Both the position numbers and the translations under genes were made by a program. Under the pieces are notes generated by a model. That model had not been told where the DNA came from. It saw only the letters and a list, made by a program, of their open reading frames with translations, and made no database searches. A stretch of DNA of 63,857 nucleotides, counting the filler, from Dugesia japonica (taxonomy: Eukaryota), in NCBI GenBank assembly GCA_001938525.1. It is 6 parts of 6 records of this genome, joined end to end, with 100 filler letters (N's around TTAATTAATTAA, not from the genome) between each part and the next. Parts side by side here need not be neighbours in the genome. Positions count along the whole stretch, not along the records: positions 24,372 to 37,167 come from MQRL01617709.1; positions 37,268 to 45,868 come from MQRL01638259.1; 4 more parts are not named here. One strand, written 5' to 3'. Of the stretch, positions 25,882 to 39,309 are shown one piece after another (position 1 is the first letter of the stretch; every line of letters begins with the position of its first letter).

Positions 25882-27263
25882 ATTTGAAACTAATTGAGAT
25901 CAACGAGCATTGTGTATATATTTATATAATTGATTTTTAAAGTTATTTAAGAATAAAATATATTTGAAATTGAGATAATATTTTCAAATAATTGAATTTA
26001 AAAAAATATCTTCATTTTCCAAATTTACTATGATTTTAACTTTTCATTATTTTTCCTCAGATTCTTTTGACTATTAAATTAAAAGAAACTGCAATAAACA
26101 ATAAACAAGTATTTTTCAAAATAAAAAATGAAAGTAAATTTATTTTTAAATAAAATTTCTAGTAGACATTTAATTTTATTTATGTATTTAATTTTATCCG
26201 TGTAAGTATAAATTTATGTTACACGGATTTATTATGGGGTAATAAATTCAAATCTGTACTCAACTGAAATTTTGTACTCGAATTTATCTTAATTGTTTCT
26301 TAATTTGCTAACTTATTATAAGAAAGAACTACTACAATAAATTATTTTCTATCTTTAACGTTTATAAGTTTTCTAAGCCATAGCTTGATAAATTTAATTA
26401 TTATTGTTATGATTTTTGCTATTTATATGTTGAAATCAAATGCTTTATATTAAAATTTATAAATTTAGTGATTAAATTCATTTTATAATAATTGCGAAAA
26501 TAATTGTTGGACTTACCCATTGAACGCATTTGAGATTTCATTACATTAAAAACTTTGATTAAAGTGTTGTTTTGTTTCTTTTTATTTCTTTTTTTTTTGG
26601 TTGTTATCCAAATTTTAGACTTTTGTCTTCTTCAGGAATTTAACTTTTTGATTGATTTAACAAATATTAGAAAATTTACAAAATTGTTTGCATTTTATTG
26701 TAATTTTTTTGGATAATTTTAATTTAATTTAAATTTTATTAATTAAATTTTATAAATTAAATTTATATTCATATTGTATACCTAAATCATATTTCTATAG
26801 TTAATTAAATAAATCTGTGCAAAGGAACATTATTTGAAAATAATTTTAAATTTGAAAATTGAAACAAAGTTTAAATATGAATGGACAAGTAAAATGGAGA
26901 GAAGACTAATCTAAAATTTCATTGAATACATTTAAGATTTCAAAGCTTGAAATGATAATTAATATTACTGTTAATTTAAGAATTCAATGAATTTACATGA
27001 GCTTATATTATACTCATTTTTAATTAGTATTTAATTTAAAAATATTTACTACTACATCATCAAGTTATGCTTTTTATAAATTTTTTAACACTTAAAGGTC
27101 GTTTGAGAATTAGAATATGCAGATGAATTTATGCAGATGAATTATTATAATTACTAATACTATTTACAAAAATATATCATTACTATTTTTTGTATTTGAT
27201 TATTTTTGAGATTAATAATAGTTTAGTTTTATGTGACATGAGTGATAGAATTGATAAAATTTC

Positions 27264-27574
27264 GGATCATGGCTTTTTTACCTATTTGCGCTTTCCGGCA
27301 AAAAAAGAAATTAAATTTAATTTTTAAAAATTTTTTAACGCTAACAACTAATCCTAACCCCTTACCCTCACTATAATACTAGTCCTGACTTAAGGCAAAA
27401 AAAGATAAATTGAATTTAATTTTAAAATTTTTTTTAATTGTTTTGACCCTAACTCTAATCCGTAACCTTAACCCCCAACCCTCAATTTTATTATATATAT
27501 ATATATATATATTTATAAATATTTTTACATCATGGCTTTTTTTTTACCGATTAGGTTAAAAAAAGCCATGGTCC
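27264..27574. mobile_element. 311-bp MITE with GG termini and perfect 8-bp TSD (Merlin-like)
   Basis: TIRs GGATCATGGCTTTTTT / AAAAAAAGCCATGGTCC. TSD AAAATTTC at 27256-63 and 27575-82. Internal CTAACCC motifs. Confidence 0.85.
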
Positions 27575-28946
27575 AAAATTTCATACTAAACTTTGAAGCT
27601 TGTGGCACATCGTAATTTCCTTGTCAATGAATTTCAAGAATCAATTGTTACCAACTGTTAAGTAACAAACCAGGCAAGCTCTTTATTAAATCACTTATTA
27701 AGTAAGTCAAAATAATTCATGTTAGTAAATTTGTTAATGTTACATACATTTCATAATAAAACCTTTTAAATGATATTTCAAAATTTATTTCTTTATTACA
27801 TGTTTCCACAGAACATCGGTTATCTGCAAAATCTCAAAAGATTATTGAGAAAGAACTGTGTGATGATTAGATCGATAGTATATAGATAGGATTGCATCGT
27901 ACCATCGCTCTCCGGGAAGAAAATTTGTTTACATCAACCAATCAGATTGTGCTTACCCGACTAAATATTATATATAAAATGTTTTACAAATATCGTTTAA
28001 TTGGTAATCAATTTCGATAACATAAACAACAGAATGTTACATAATAAATGTGCTATCATTTATAGATGTACTTGTAAGTTTAAATTAAGTTAAATTAATG
28101 ATTGTTTTTTTAAATTAACTTATTTTTACGAAATTTCGTTTAAATTTATGGATTTTTATTTATTTGTTTATATTGTAGAAAATTAAATTTGGTGTTTAAA
28201 AATTAAATTAGTGATGTTATCAAGTTATTCGACCCAGAATTTTACACTGGTCAAGAATAACATTATTAAAATCAATAAATTTCATACACAACAGCAATAA
28301 AAGGAAGAAATATTAAAATCAACAAATGCCATTAAGCAAATTTCTCCAGATCTGTATTAAAATTTGCTGCTCCTTGAACAATATTAACATTAGGATTCTC
28401 CCATGACAATATTAATATCAGAAGTCTTTTCTGAAAATATTAATATTAGAATTTTCTATGTACAATAATAATAATAATNNNNNNNNNNNNNNNNNNNNNN
28501 NNNATAATAATAATGATAATAATAATGATAATAATAATGATAATAATAATGATAATAATAATGATAATAATAATAATAATAATAATAAAAATATACAAAA
28601 ATAGTTAGAACACCAATCATAATAAAAATATGTATTCACATTATATACAATTGGAATATGTTTGATAAAAATCGTCTTGTAAATACTGCAGGGTTAGATG
28701 GATTTCTTACACTGACTTGATTGAATCTGAGTCTTATTTATTACGAGCCAATATTTAAAGTAAACTGTCCGTTCTATTCTATTACTAAATTTTATGCATC
28801 TCTTGGTTCTGTTACAATTTTATTGCACATGTATTGTACTCATTTTTCATGTAATACAATTTTCTTAATACATTTCATCGATATCATGTGGTATTTGAAA
28901 GTTTTCATAGACTTCTAGTAAACATTTGAAAAATTTCATACTTCTA

Positions 28947-29735
28947 CGGGTGTTCAAAAATGTGTTAAATCATATCCTTGTCGGATACATTCAATACATG
29001 AATTAATTCCTGCAGGCGAATTAAAACGGGTTGCCTACTATAATTGGTTTCTTGAAAATCTTGCTGATGATGATGTGGTGAATCGCACTTATTTCACAGC
29101 ACTTATTTGACTGTATTCATTCTGAGAATAGTCATATTTGAAGTGATAAGAATCCACATGACTATGTAGAATCTTCTTTGCACCCACTAAAAATTGGAAT
29201 CTGGATTGCCATTAGCAAACAAATAATTGTGCCTATTTTTTTACCAACATTATTAACAGCAAACGCTACCATTCAATAATTGAAGAGTTTGTAACTTTGC
29301 TTGATCAAGATGAAAAAAATCGTTGTTTCTTCCAGAAAGATTCTGCAACAGCCTATACATCACGAGTAACCTTGAAATTTTTAAAGGAAGTATTCGGTGA
29401 TAGAATAATTTCAAAAGGAATATGGCCTCCAATATCACTGAATCTTACTCCATTTGATTATTTTCTCCTTGGCTATCTCAAACAAGGTATACAAAAAAAA
29501 CCATCACACTATAGATAAGCTAAAGGTTAACGTCACAAACGAACTTAATGACATCCCGGATCAAACCATTATCAATCTTTTTGAAAGTACGAAGAAAAGA
29601 GTTCGTTTGTGCTTAAAAAATGAAGGGCAACATTTTTAACACTTTCTGTTATTTGTTGTCTACAACTTTTAAATTAATTATTCAATTTCTATCAAATAAA
29701 TATGTTATGAGTTCGGGAACCTTTTGAACGCATTG
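28947..29735 (+). mobile_element. Internally deleted Tc1/mariner-superfamily element (maT/DD37D-like)
   Basis: FFQKDSATAYT...FGDRIISKGIWPPISLNLTPFDYFLLGYLK. Degenerate TIRs TA-CGGGTGTTCAAAA / TTTTGAACGCATTG-TA. Confidence 0.85.
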
Positions 29736-29984
29736 TAGCAATTCTTTACTCTTATATCAAATCATTATTAGATGGATAGATTTTATTGAATATGTAAAGT
29801 GTATTTTATGCCCTAAATGTAGTGAATTACGAAAAGCCTAAGATTCGGTGAAAACCCATAATGAAATACTATATGTAAGATGAAAACTCTCATATTTAAA
29901 CCACAATGTTAACTATAAAAATTCATCACAGCAGCAGAGTAATAATTCATTAACAAATATCACTTAATAAAATTAATCAGTAAA

Positions 29985-30620
29985 TATATTTAAAATATAA
30001 ACACCCAATTCACTGACTCACTCACTCGGGATCGCTGATATTTATGTTGATATTTAACTATATATTCATTTATTACTGACAATTATCAGTAGCTAAAGAA
30101 ATAAAATTATAATATATTTCCAATAATATAAGTTTCTGAATTTCTCAACGAACAAACGCAGTTGTCATGTAGCTTATGTACTTCCTTTAAAAAATGTGCT
30201 CATGTCTGTCATGCTCTTCAGAAATTTCAATACAAAGAAGGGACTGTGTAATGGTCCCGATGAGTTATCAAAGAACTTGCTCGAAATTTCATCAAAGCAA
30301 ACATTATTTCGGAATACAAAACAAAGGAGCAAGTGTGCTACTCTTTTATTTGTCATACGTTGCCACTATTTCCATATGATTTCAGCTAATGCAATCACCG
30401 TTAATAAGTCCTATGATCGAGTAAGAATTCAGTTGCATATGTATGTATTTGCACACCGCCAACTTTCAGTTGCTCTTTTAAGATCAAGACCAACAAGTTA
30501 AGTCAAAGTATTAATGACAGAGAATTCGAGGAAAGGACTATTACTATATGATGTAAGGCAATTTAGTCACAATGTTGTGTATACCGGAAAAATTCATCAA
30601 ATAAATACTAACGTTTCATT
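29985..30620 (+). mobile_element. Helitron remnant (Pif1-helicase C-terminal part)
   Basis: MLFRNFNTKKGLCNG, AITVNKS, DRVRIQL..VFAHRQLSVALLRSR and NVVY match the Helitron helicase motifs GLCNG / AMTINKSQG / VFSHGQLYVA.SR / NVVY. An (ACTC)n tract lies upstream. Confidence 0.8.
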
Positions 30621-31371
30621 GTATGAGCATTAAATCTTACTTCTCTTTTTAAAATTCAAACCGAAAGAAATTTTACAAAAGATACTCTTATTATTCTCAT
30701 TTTAAGATTGAAAATTAAAAAAAATTCATAAATTACGGGCAATTTAATTTACTCTGTTTTGTAAAATAATAAACCAATTTTTTTAAAATTAGAATGCCAA
30801 AATATTCGGAATCCAACTATATCAATTTGCTTCTGATATAACTGAACCTTAAACTATTAGTTCTTCGCTGTGAAACCATAAGCTATCACTATCGTTTATT
30901 AGCCTCAATACTACTCTCCAAGTTTTTACCCATTAGTAGATAGACAATATAGGATAGTGCCTTAAACACTAATATCGAGAAATTCAGTGTAATTTAGATT
31001 ATAATAATTTTTACAAATAATATTCTCACTATGATCAAAACTAAGCAGACTAAAATTTTATTCACTTATCAAATAATTGAAACATGATCAATAACTAATA
31101 ATTCACACTATATTTTCAGAATAAATTGTGTTTAATAAATAATTAAATAAGATGACTTATGTATGTAAACAGGTTTTAAAAGACATTTCCAATTATTTCA
31201 AATTAGAATGAGTACTTGATCTTTCTTATCGGCAGAAATTTCTGTTTCATTCAACTAAAAATATTCCATAAAACGATTATTTTTATTAAAAATAACTATT
31301 AGCAAATACATTTAATTACTTGGAATATCTGATTATTTCAAGTTGAATGCTTTAAAATATTAATGCTAATA

Positions 31372-31996
31372 GGGTCTCTTTTTTTGAAACAGTTAAACAA
31401 GCTACAAATTTATCTTGTAATAAAATATATTATAATAAACTTTTTTATTCACCGGTTTTCGAAAAGAATAAACACTTTTAGCTACAGCTGTAAATTTTTA
31501 TAACATGTATTTAATATTTGTCATCTTCAATTATAACTTTTTAATTCATTTAATTTGTATTCTTCATGAGATTACATAATTAAATATATAATCAGAATTT
31601 TAACTTCTTGTGGTTTTATTTATTTAAATAAATTGTGTCTAAAACGATTATTTCAAAGAAATGTCATAATAGCATAATAAAGAAGTGAAGTGAAGTGCAT
31701 TCTTTCATTTAGATTATTATCACAGGTAACTCATGATTGATTCACAAGATATTTTTTGTTTGACGCGAGTCACACTCGTGATTATTGCACAAAGGATTAA
31801 TATTTAAGAATACTATTAAATGGATTAAAAAGTTTTAATTGAAGATGACAGATGTTATAAACATGTTATAAAAATTTACAGCTGTAGCTAAAGGGGTTTA
31901 TCCTTTTCGAAAACCAGTGAATAAAAAAGTTTAGCATACTATAATTGATTATGAGAAATTTAGAGATTGTTTAACTATTTCAAATAAACGAGACCC
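31372..31996. mobile_element. ~625-bp MITE with ~190-bp TIRs flanked by TA
   Basis: GGGTCTC...TTTAGCTACAGCTGTAAATTTTTATAACATG and its reverse complement ending GAGACCC. Confidence 0.85.
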
Positions 31997-33174
31997 TATT
32001 AATGCTTTAGCATTAATATAATATAAATATAATTATAAACATTTGTTTATAATCAAATTCAGGTTAAAATTAAACGACAGAGAATCACATAATTTTATTT
32101 TGTAAATCTAGAATTCTGTTCGTCTGAGTAAGTATTTTCTTGTATAAAAAAAATTCTATCATTTTATTTTGAATCATTTTAAAATTATAACTTACAATGT
32201 AAGTTTTCGAAATTACTAAAAGTTACTAAATTAGAGGAAAATTAACTATTTGTCTAGAAATTATTAAAAAAATTATTATATTATCTTCAAAGAAATTTAA
32301 GTATTGACATAAAAATTACACCCAAAATATTTGTACAAAGATTTTTCTTTAAATACAATTTTTATGGTTCAATAAATAATGTTCACATTTAACGAATTTC
32401 ACCATAAATATTGCCATGATAATTTCTATTAAAAAAAATGCAATAATGAAATTTAATAAAATAAAAAATATAAAATTAATTTATGTAACAATAATGACTT
32501 TTATTAAAATGAAAATTGAAAGTTTTATGAAATATGTTTAAATGTACGAAATATATATTGCTGAACTAAAACTTTCCTGTATATTATACTGTTATTTTAT
32601 CCAGCTAAGATTTTTCGGTAGCAATTTAAATCAAATTAAATGAAAAATGAAAAACTAATTTAAAAATTAATAAAATTACAGATTATCTTTAAATTATAAG
32701 GATTTTTAATCCCAACACAAATGAAGCAAGAAAATATTTTTTGAATAAAAGCGATTATTTAAAATCAAAAAACAAACCAAAAAAATTATTTCTTTGAAAA
32801 ATTTTCATTCAAAAAATTAATAATAGTTTCTTGTGACCAATTCATGCTTCATTTTTCTAGATAATGATTTTATCATTTCTTTATTTTGCCTGATATTTTG
32901 ATTAAAAAATTAAAACACTGAACAATTTACACAAGTATTTAAATGTAAAAATAACTTGTTTTTTAAAAATATGAATTTGATATTTAATTATTTAGTGCAA
33001 AGCATAACTACGTTAAACATAAACAAGAATGTGTTATTTAATTGTATGCCTCGTTTTCAAAACTCCTATGAAATTAAAAGAATGATAAAATCATAAATTT
33101 TCATAAATATCAAATAAATAACAATTGAAATTTAAAATTTAATTCAATTAGAGAAAATCGTCTACACACTAGTA

Positions 33175-35419
33175 CAGTGATGGCGAACGTGCGACCCACG
33201 GGTCATGCAGTGACCCGCGTAAAAAATTATCTAACCCGTTGCATGAACATTTGTAATATGATTGATTTTATTTCAAGATTTCAGCACTAGTTGTTTTCGA
33301 ATTTTCAAGGGTTTTGGTGTGATGAAAGTGTTGGGCTAGAACGCCTAAAAAAGAGGTAATAAAGAGTTAAAAAGTGTCCAAACAAATGAATAAAACGAGC
33401 AGAAATAAAGAAATTTACTAATACTGGACCAGAAAGTTGATTATTATAAGTATTATTATCATTATTATTATGTAATTATTATTACTATAATTATTATGGA
33501 TTTATTATAAAAAATATCGTAAAATGAAAATTAGACGTACGGGACCCTAATATGGATAATAAAAAGAAATTTTTCGAGAAATAAGACAAGAAGGTTTAGA
33601 TATAATGATAAAAATAATCTACACTAGTATAATATTATATTAAATGGTGTCTCTACGACCCTAATTATTTATGATATTAACGGTAATTACCGTTTAGTAT
33701 TGTTATTATCTATAGTGCAAAATAGTGCAATAGTATAGGAAAATTAAAGACCAGTAAAGAATATCGGTGTTGTAATCTCTGATAGATCTGCTTGCGTGCA
33801 ATATTTATCGTCGTTTGGCTCAAAAATTGTTTGCCGGATGGTCATATCAGCAGCAGCAGCAGGTGAATAATTTCAAACTTTTCGATTAAATTTTTTTTAT
33901 AAATAAATAGTAATTATAAAATATAGGCAATTTAAAAAATATACCATAAATTTTTTAAAATTTATAAACTGTCATAAAAGCTGTATTTCTTTAAAAAATG
34001 ATCATAAATTTTTATTTATTTTAAAAAATGCCATAAAATTGTGAAGTAATTAAAAATAAAAAATTCATATTCGTTAAAATGTTTTGGACAAATCAAAATT
34101 TAGTTTAAAAAATCATATAAAGTATCAATGTCATCGTTATTTACTGCTGTAAAAAAATTTATGGCATTTTGTAAATAAATCAAAATTTATGTATGTTAAA
34201 ATAATGCAAAAATTTATGGCATTTTTTTAAATATTCCTAAATATATTTATTATTAAATATATCATCATGTCAATTTCTAAGAAATCAAGATTATATTAAT
34301 ACAATGAAGAGTGGCTTTTTAAGTCATTGAAACAGAGAGTCATTGAAACAGAAAATAAGACCGTCTGTCTTATATGCGGTGAAAGTATAACTGTTCGTAG
34401 TTATAACGTAAAACTACATTTTGAAACAATGCATAAAATCTTATTTCATTGACAGAAGCAGAGAAGAAAAAATATTTTTCACGACAAAAAAACAATATTA
34501 GTCTCAAACAAGTGCGTTTAATTATTTTTTAGAGCCAAGAAAAAAGATCACGTGTGCTAGCTTTCAACTGTCACATTGTATTGCACGACTTGGAAAACCT
34601 CTTTCTGAAAGAGAGTTTTTTAAAACAGCATTATTAGAATGTAGTGGATCCTTATTTGCTGATTTTAAAGAAAAAGATCTCATTATTAAAATGATAAAAG
34701 AATTACAATCTAGTCAAAACACTGTTATAGATCGTATACTGGCATTGGACAAAGATACTTCAACTCAATTAATTTGTGATTTAAACTTTGCCGAAATGTA
34801 TTCGGTTTCCTTGAACGAGAGTACAGATATAACAGGTAAAGCACAACTTGCAGTTTTTATTAGATTTAAATCTGGAAATATTATGAAAGAAGAATTAATA
34901 AAATTGATGAATTTGATAGGAAGAACTATCGGTACTGAAATTATGAAGGAATTTACGTTAAACATGACTGAGATGAATATTGATTTAAAGAATATTATTT
35001 CTGTAACAACTGATGGTGCCACAAGCATGATTGGTAAAAACATGGGATTTATTAAATTACTAAAGGAAATTATTGGACATCCTTTAATTGAATTTCATTG
35101 CCTCATTCATCAGGAAGTACCATGTGCAAAGGCGGCCTTAAAATCTTTTTTAAATGTTATGCTAATTGTAACAAGTGTTGTTAATTTTATATCCGTACAA
35201 GCTTTAAATAAGCGAGAATTTTCCCGGTTGTTAGAAGAAGTAGATTCTCAAAATTCAGGACTTCTAATGTACAATAACGTTCGATGGCTTAGTCGTGGAC
35301 AAGTTTAAATCGTTTTGTTAGTTTGATTGATGAAATGAAACTCTTTTTAAATATAAAAGAAAAAAAATATTCAGAATTGATAAATGATAAATGGTTGCAT
35401 AACTTAATGTTATCTTGTG
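33175..35419 (+). mobile_element. hAT transposon (Buster/Charlie group, GTF2IRD2-like transposase from ~34267), truncated by an insertion at 35420
   Basis: 5' TIR CAGTGATGGCGAAC with flank CACTAGTA. BED-like VCLICGE...HFETMH, SLNESTDI, VTTDGA, HCLIHQE, VRWLSRG. Confidence 0.92.
33925..34238. mobile_element. AT-rich foldback MITE nested in the hAT 5' region
   Basis: AGGCAATTTAAAAAATATACCATAAATTTT vs AAAATTTATGGCATTTTTTTAAATATTCCT, with further internal inverted copies. Confidence 0.6.
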
Positions 35420-35472
35420 AGTAGGTAGATAGTAGCGCACTGGATCACCCCCCATAGACAAATAACTTTTAT

Positions 35473-35742
35473 AACAAAGACAATGAGTCATAAGTATGAC
35501 TCATCGATGACTGAAACAAAGACAATGACTCTTCGCGACGACTCATCGATGACTAGAACAAAGACAATGAATCATCGCGACGACTCATCGATGACTAGAA
35601 CAAAGACAATGAATCATCGCGATGACTCATCGATGCCAAAAAACAAAGGCAATGACTCATCAATGACTAGGACAAAGACAACGAGTCATCGATTTTCTAG
35701 ATCAGTATGACTCACCATTTTTATAGATCATGACTCATCGAT
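35473..35742. repeat. 42-bp tandem repeat rich in TGA(C/G)TCA
   Basis: Unit ATGACTAGAACAAAGACAATGAATCATCGCGACGACTCATCG, about 5-6 degenerate copies. Confidence 0.9.
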
Positions 35743-36642
35743 TTTTTTAAAAAAATTTTTATTGTAAAATTTTTTTTCAAATTTTTATTGTAAAATTTTT
35801 TTTCAAATTTTTTTTTAAAAATTTGTTTTTTAATATACTTTGTCTTGTTATCCTAACAAAAGATAATGTTATTTCTATTATAATAGATTACGGAAAACCT
35901 ACTGAATTTCATGGAATACAAATGAAATTCTTTAAAAGACCAGTAATTTATTAGTTTCAAGTAATATATATTTTTTTAAAATTTATTTTATTTTTTAATA
36001 TTTTCATTTAGAAACCTGTAAAGATACAACGATCTACCTATAGTTTGTTGTTAACTAATATCAATTCCAGTGCCATGAATATTTTGAATTTATTATATCA
36101 AAGAATTGATCCATCAATTCCAATAAAGGATATGGTTTTCATCAATTACAACGATTCGGAAGAAACTGTATTCGAAAAATTTGAAGAATATTATATCCAA
36201 GTGGAAATACAAGGAGTTAAGAAAAATGGAAGCAATATGACATCAATAAACAGAAAAATTGTGCCTCCAATTTGGAAAATTCGAGAGATTTATTAATTGA
36301 GTCCTTAATAATAAATGTTATTGATGTTATTTTTTTTTAACAAAGAAAATATCTATCAAATTAAAATTTAATAAAAATTAAACTCTATTAAATAACTACT
36401 NNNNNNNNNNNNNNNNNNNNNNNNNNNNNNNNNNNNNNNNNNNNNNNNNNAATATCTATCAAATTAAAATTTAATAAAAATTAAACTCTATTAAATAACT
36501 ACTAAAATAAATAAAAACTTAACGGCTAATAAATAAACTTAAAAACTCAATTAAATGAAAAAAAACTTTATGATAAATAACTAACAAAATTACTATATAT
36601 ATATATATATAAAAAAGAAAACAAATTTTAACAACAAAAAAT

Positions 36643-36774
36643 TTATTTATTTAAATTTACTAAATTTTCCAACAGAGCGAATCGACATCTGTAACATTCG
36701 CAATGGGCTCGCAGATATATTTCCTTATAATAATTTACAAGNATGGCTTCGTAATCATCTTTCGCGAGCGTCAT
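36643..36774 (-). CDS. 43-aa Cys/His micro-ORF (HCECYRC), copy 2
   Basis: MTLAKDDYEAxLVNYYKEIYLRAHCECYRCRFALLENLVNLNK. The downstream DNA is also similar to 9222-9290. Confidence 0.6.
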   Translation of the reverse strand: MTLAKDDYEAXLVNYYKEIYLRAHCECYRCRFALLENLVNLNK

Positions 36775-37167
36775 TTTTCTTCTTTACAAAATTATTGCAA
36801 TAATACCTATAAATAAATTATAATTATGAATAATTAAAAAAAAATATATTAACTTTTTCATGAATGAAATCCTCCTGCCCATCAGAATCAGCGGATTCTA
36901 TACATGTTTTCCTTATACCTTCAAATTGAATTGGATACATTTTTTTCTTTAAATTAATAACTGAATAAAATAAAAAACGTAATGTGTTATATACAATTAT
37001 CTGTTTAACACAAATCGACCAATTGAAATCGTCCAATGAAAAACAAGTAATTATCAAACAATAAAGTGCCTTGTTATACTTGCACTCATATTTCATGATT
37101 TATGTTGTGAAATTAATCAATTAAATTATACAAATCAGAAATTATATTATCTACATATCCTTGATAG

Positions 37168-37267
37168 NNNNNNNNNNNNNNNNNNNNNNNNNNNNNNNNN
37201 NNNNNNNNNNNTTAATTAATTAANNNNNNNNNNNNNNNNNNNNNNNNNNNNNNNNNNNNNNNNNNNN
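37168..37267. other. Artificial scaffold spacer
   Basis: N44-TTAATTAATTAA-N44. Confidence 0.95.
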
Positions 37268-37912
37268 CATTAATTTCATCTAATTTAAACAAAAATAATT
37301 AATTTCACTAAATTAAAACAAAAAATAAATAATTTAACCTAATTTAAACAAGAAATCAAAAATATTTATCAATTTGAACAAGAAATTTAATTTCATGCAT
37401 ATGACTCATCAACAAATAAATAATTAAATAAAAATAATATAATCGTAAATAAAAAAAATTGAACGAGGCACACATAAAAATTACGAGCAAAAGTAACGTA
37501 ATCAAATCGTTCCCGCAAAATACATGTAAAATTCTTAAGCCACAATTACGTAATCACGTGCACACATCTTATCTATTTTCATCGCCCTACTAAATAAATG
37601 TAAAATTCTTACACTACTTAAGATTTTCTATCCTGGGAGGGATTGTGGTATGATGCTGAACGATCTACCTACTATTGTTTCTAAAACATCATACGCGTCA
37701 GCATGAGATAAATTACAATTTAATTTATTAAACCTTTCATTGACTAATTTTTCTGTAAATCATTTAGAATACTAATTATTATGAGTAATTCGAGCAATTA
37801 ATTTAGACTCTTACCTGCTTGGATAAAAATATACGGGAGAGACCAAGAACGATGAATTAGTTCCTTAATCATATTACTTTTATATTTTAAGTAACAAAAA
37901 CTGGCAGGATTT

Positions 37913-37930
37913 AGTAGGTAGATAGTGGCG
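37913..37930 (+). mobile_element. Polinton-type terminus; a shorter opposite-facing one ends at 37673
   Basis: AGTAGGTAGATAGTGGCG. ATCTACCTACT at 37663-37673. Confidence 0.65.
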
Positions 37931-37944
37931 TTACGGCAAAACTA

Positions 37945-38509
37945 ACAAATTTATTCACCCTCAAAAATCCCCCTACGATAACTCATACGATTGTGCCGTA
38001 GTGCCATTACCCTTTGTAGACCAAACCATCCATCCTACCACATATGTCCTTTAAACAACCTATAGCCAATATTTTATTTCCAAACACACATATCTTAAAA
38101 ATCCACAAGAAATTATTTCCAAGATCTCCTCACCCATGATTTGTGTGCTTGGTTTTTGGAATAAAAATGGTTTTGATCGGATCAGATTTTTTTGATCCTG
38201 GGGGTGTGTATATGGAAATTTTTTAAAATATTTTTTGTGTTTTTCAGGTTTTTAGGGTTAAAATAAAGTAGGTCAAGTTGAGGTGGTGTGTGTATGGGAG
38301 TGAAAATGGACTCGAGGGTGTTTGGAAATCTTGGAAATAATTTCTTGTGGGTTTATAAGATATGTGCGTGTTAGAAATAAAATATCGGCTATAGGTTGTT
38401 TAAAGGACTTATGTGGTAGGATAGATGGTTTAGTCTACAAGGAGTAGTGGCACTATGGCACAATCGTATGAGTTATCGTGGGGTGATTTTTGAAGGTGAA
38501 TAAGTTTGT
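37945..38509. repeat. ~185-bp inverted repeat (37945-38129 / 38324-38509) just inside the terminus
   Basis: The arms are clear reverse complements, e.g. GATAACTCATACGATTGTGCC / GGCACAATCGTATGAGTTATC. Confidence 0.92.
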
Positions 38510-39309
38510 GTGTAGTTGATGGATTTTGTTGGGTGATGAGTAGTTGAAAAGGTAATGTNNNNNNNNNNNNNNNNNNNNNNNNNNNNNNNNNNNNNNNNNN
38601 NNNNNNNNNNNNNNNNNNNNNNNNNNNNNNNNNNNNNNNNNNNNNNNNNNNNNNNNNNNNNNNNGGAGGTGGAAAATGTTATGTATGGAAAGGTAATTAA
38701 TTATCGGTGGTTTTAAGATTTAATTGAAGTTTTTCTGCGGAGTGGGTATGACGTAATCATTTTTTGAAGATAGTCGATTTTAATAAAACAGCACATTTCA
38801 TAAAAAATATTAATTGAAATATTGATCATTTGAAATAGATGTATTTTTTTGAGTAGATTTTATGTATGAGAAGGGCGGTTTTTTATATTTTTTGTAGAGG
38901 ATGATGGTAGTTTTGATATTTTCAGTGGCAAACCTTTTTGGTGGGAAATTTAAATTTTTATTTTTTGATCAGACTTTATATTTATGCGGTAGTCTAGATA
39001 TTTTGCATGGAATATGGGGAGTCTCTACATTTTGCATTTTATGGGTAAGTCTCTATAGTTAAGTATGGAAAAGGGCAGTCTCTATATTTGGCATCGGATG
39101 GGACAGTCTTAATAAAGTTGATTTTAATTAAAAATGAATCATTTGTTTAAAATGATGATTCTAATTAAAACTGATTAATTTGTTTAAAATGATGTTTTAT
39201 GTAAAAAATACATGAAATTTTAGCAGACTTAAAATTTTGAATGGGATGGAACAGTCTTGATATTTTTACAAGAGATTAGGTAGTATTGATTTTTTTAAAC
39301 AGTCTTGAT

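Larger units (their letters stand above)
35420..37167 (+). mobile_element. Element starting with a Polinton-type terminus, followed by a 42-bp tandem array and small ORFs
   Basis: AGTAGGTAGATAGTAGCGCACTGGATCA begins exactly where the hAT transposase stops. ORF 36045..36296 (+) and micro-ORF 36643-36774 (-) converge. Confidence 0.65.

Noticed and set aside
28330-28430. Possible terminal exon on the minus strand (KRLLILILSWENPNV...KFA*)
   Set aside because: No recognisable anoctamin or other motif, and separated from the known exons by scaffold spacers.
35473-35742. Possible CRISPR-like array
   Set aside because: Head-to-tail tandem repeat with no unique spacers, no cas genes, eukaryotic context.
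35420-37673. Pairing these two termini as one element (flanks CTTGTG / ATTGTT)
   Set aside because: TSD matches only 4/6, a synthetic spacer lies between them, and the hAT sequence does not resume after 37673.
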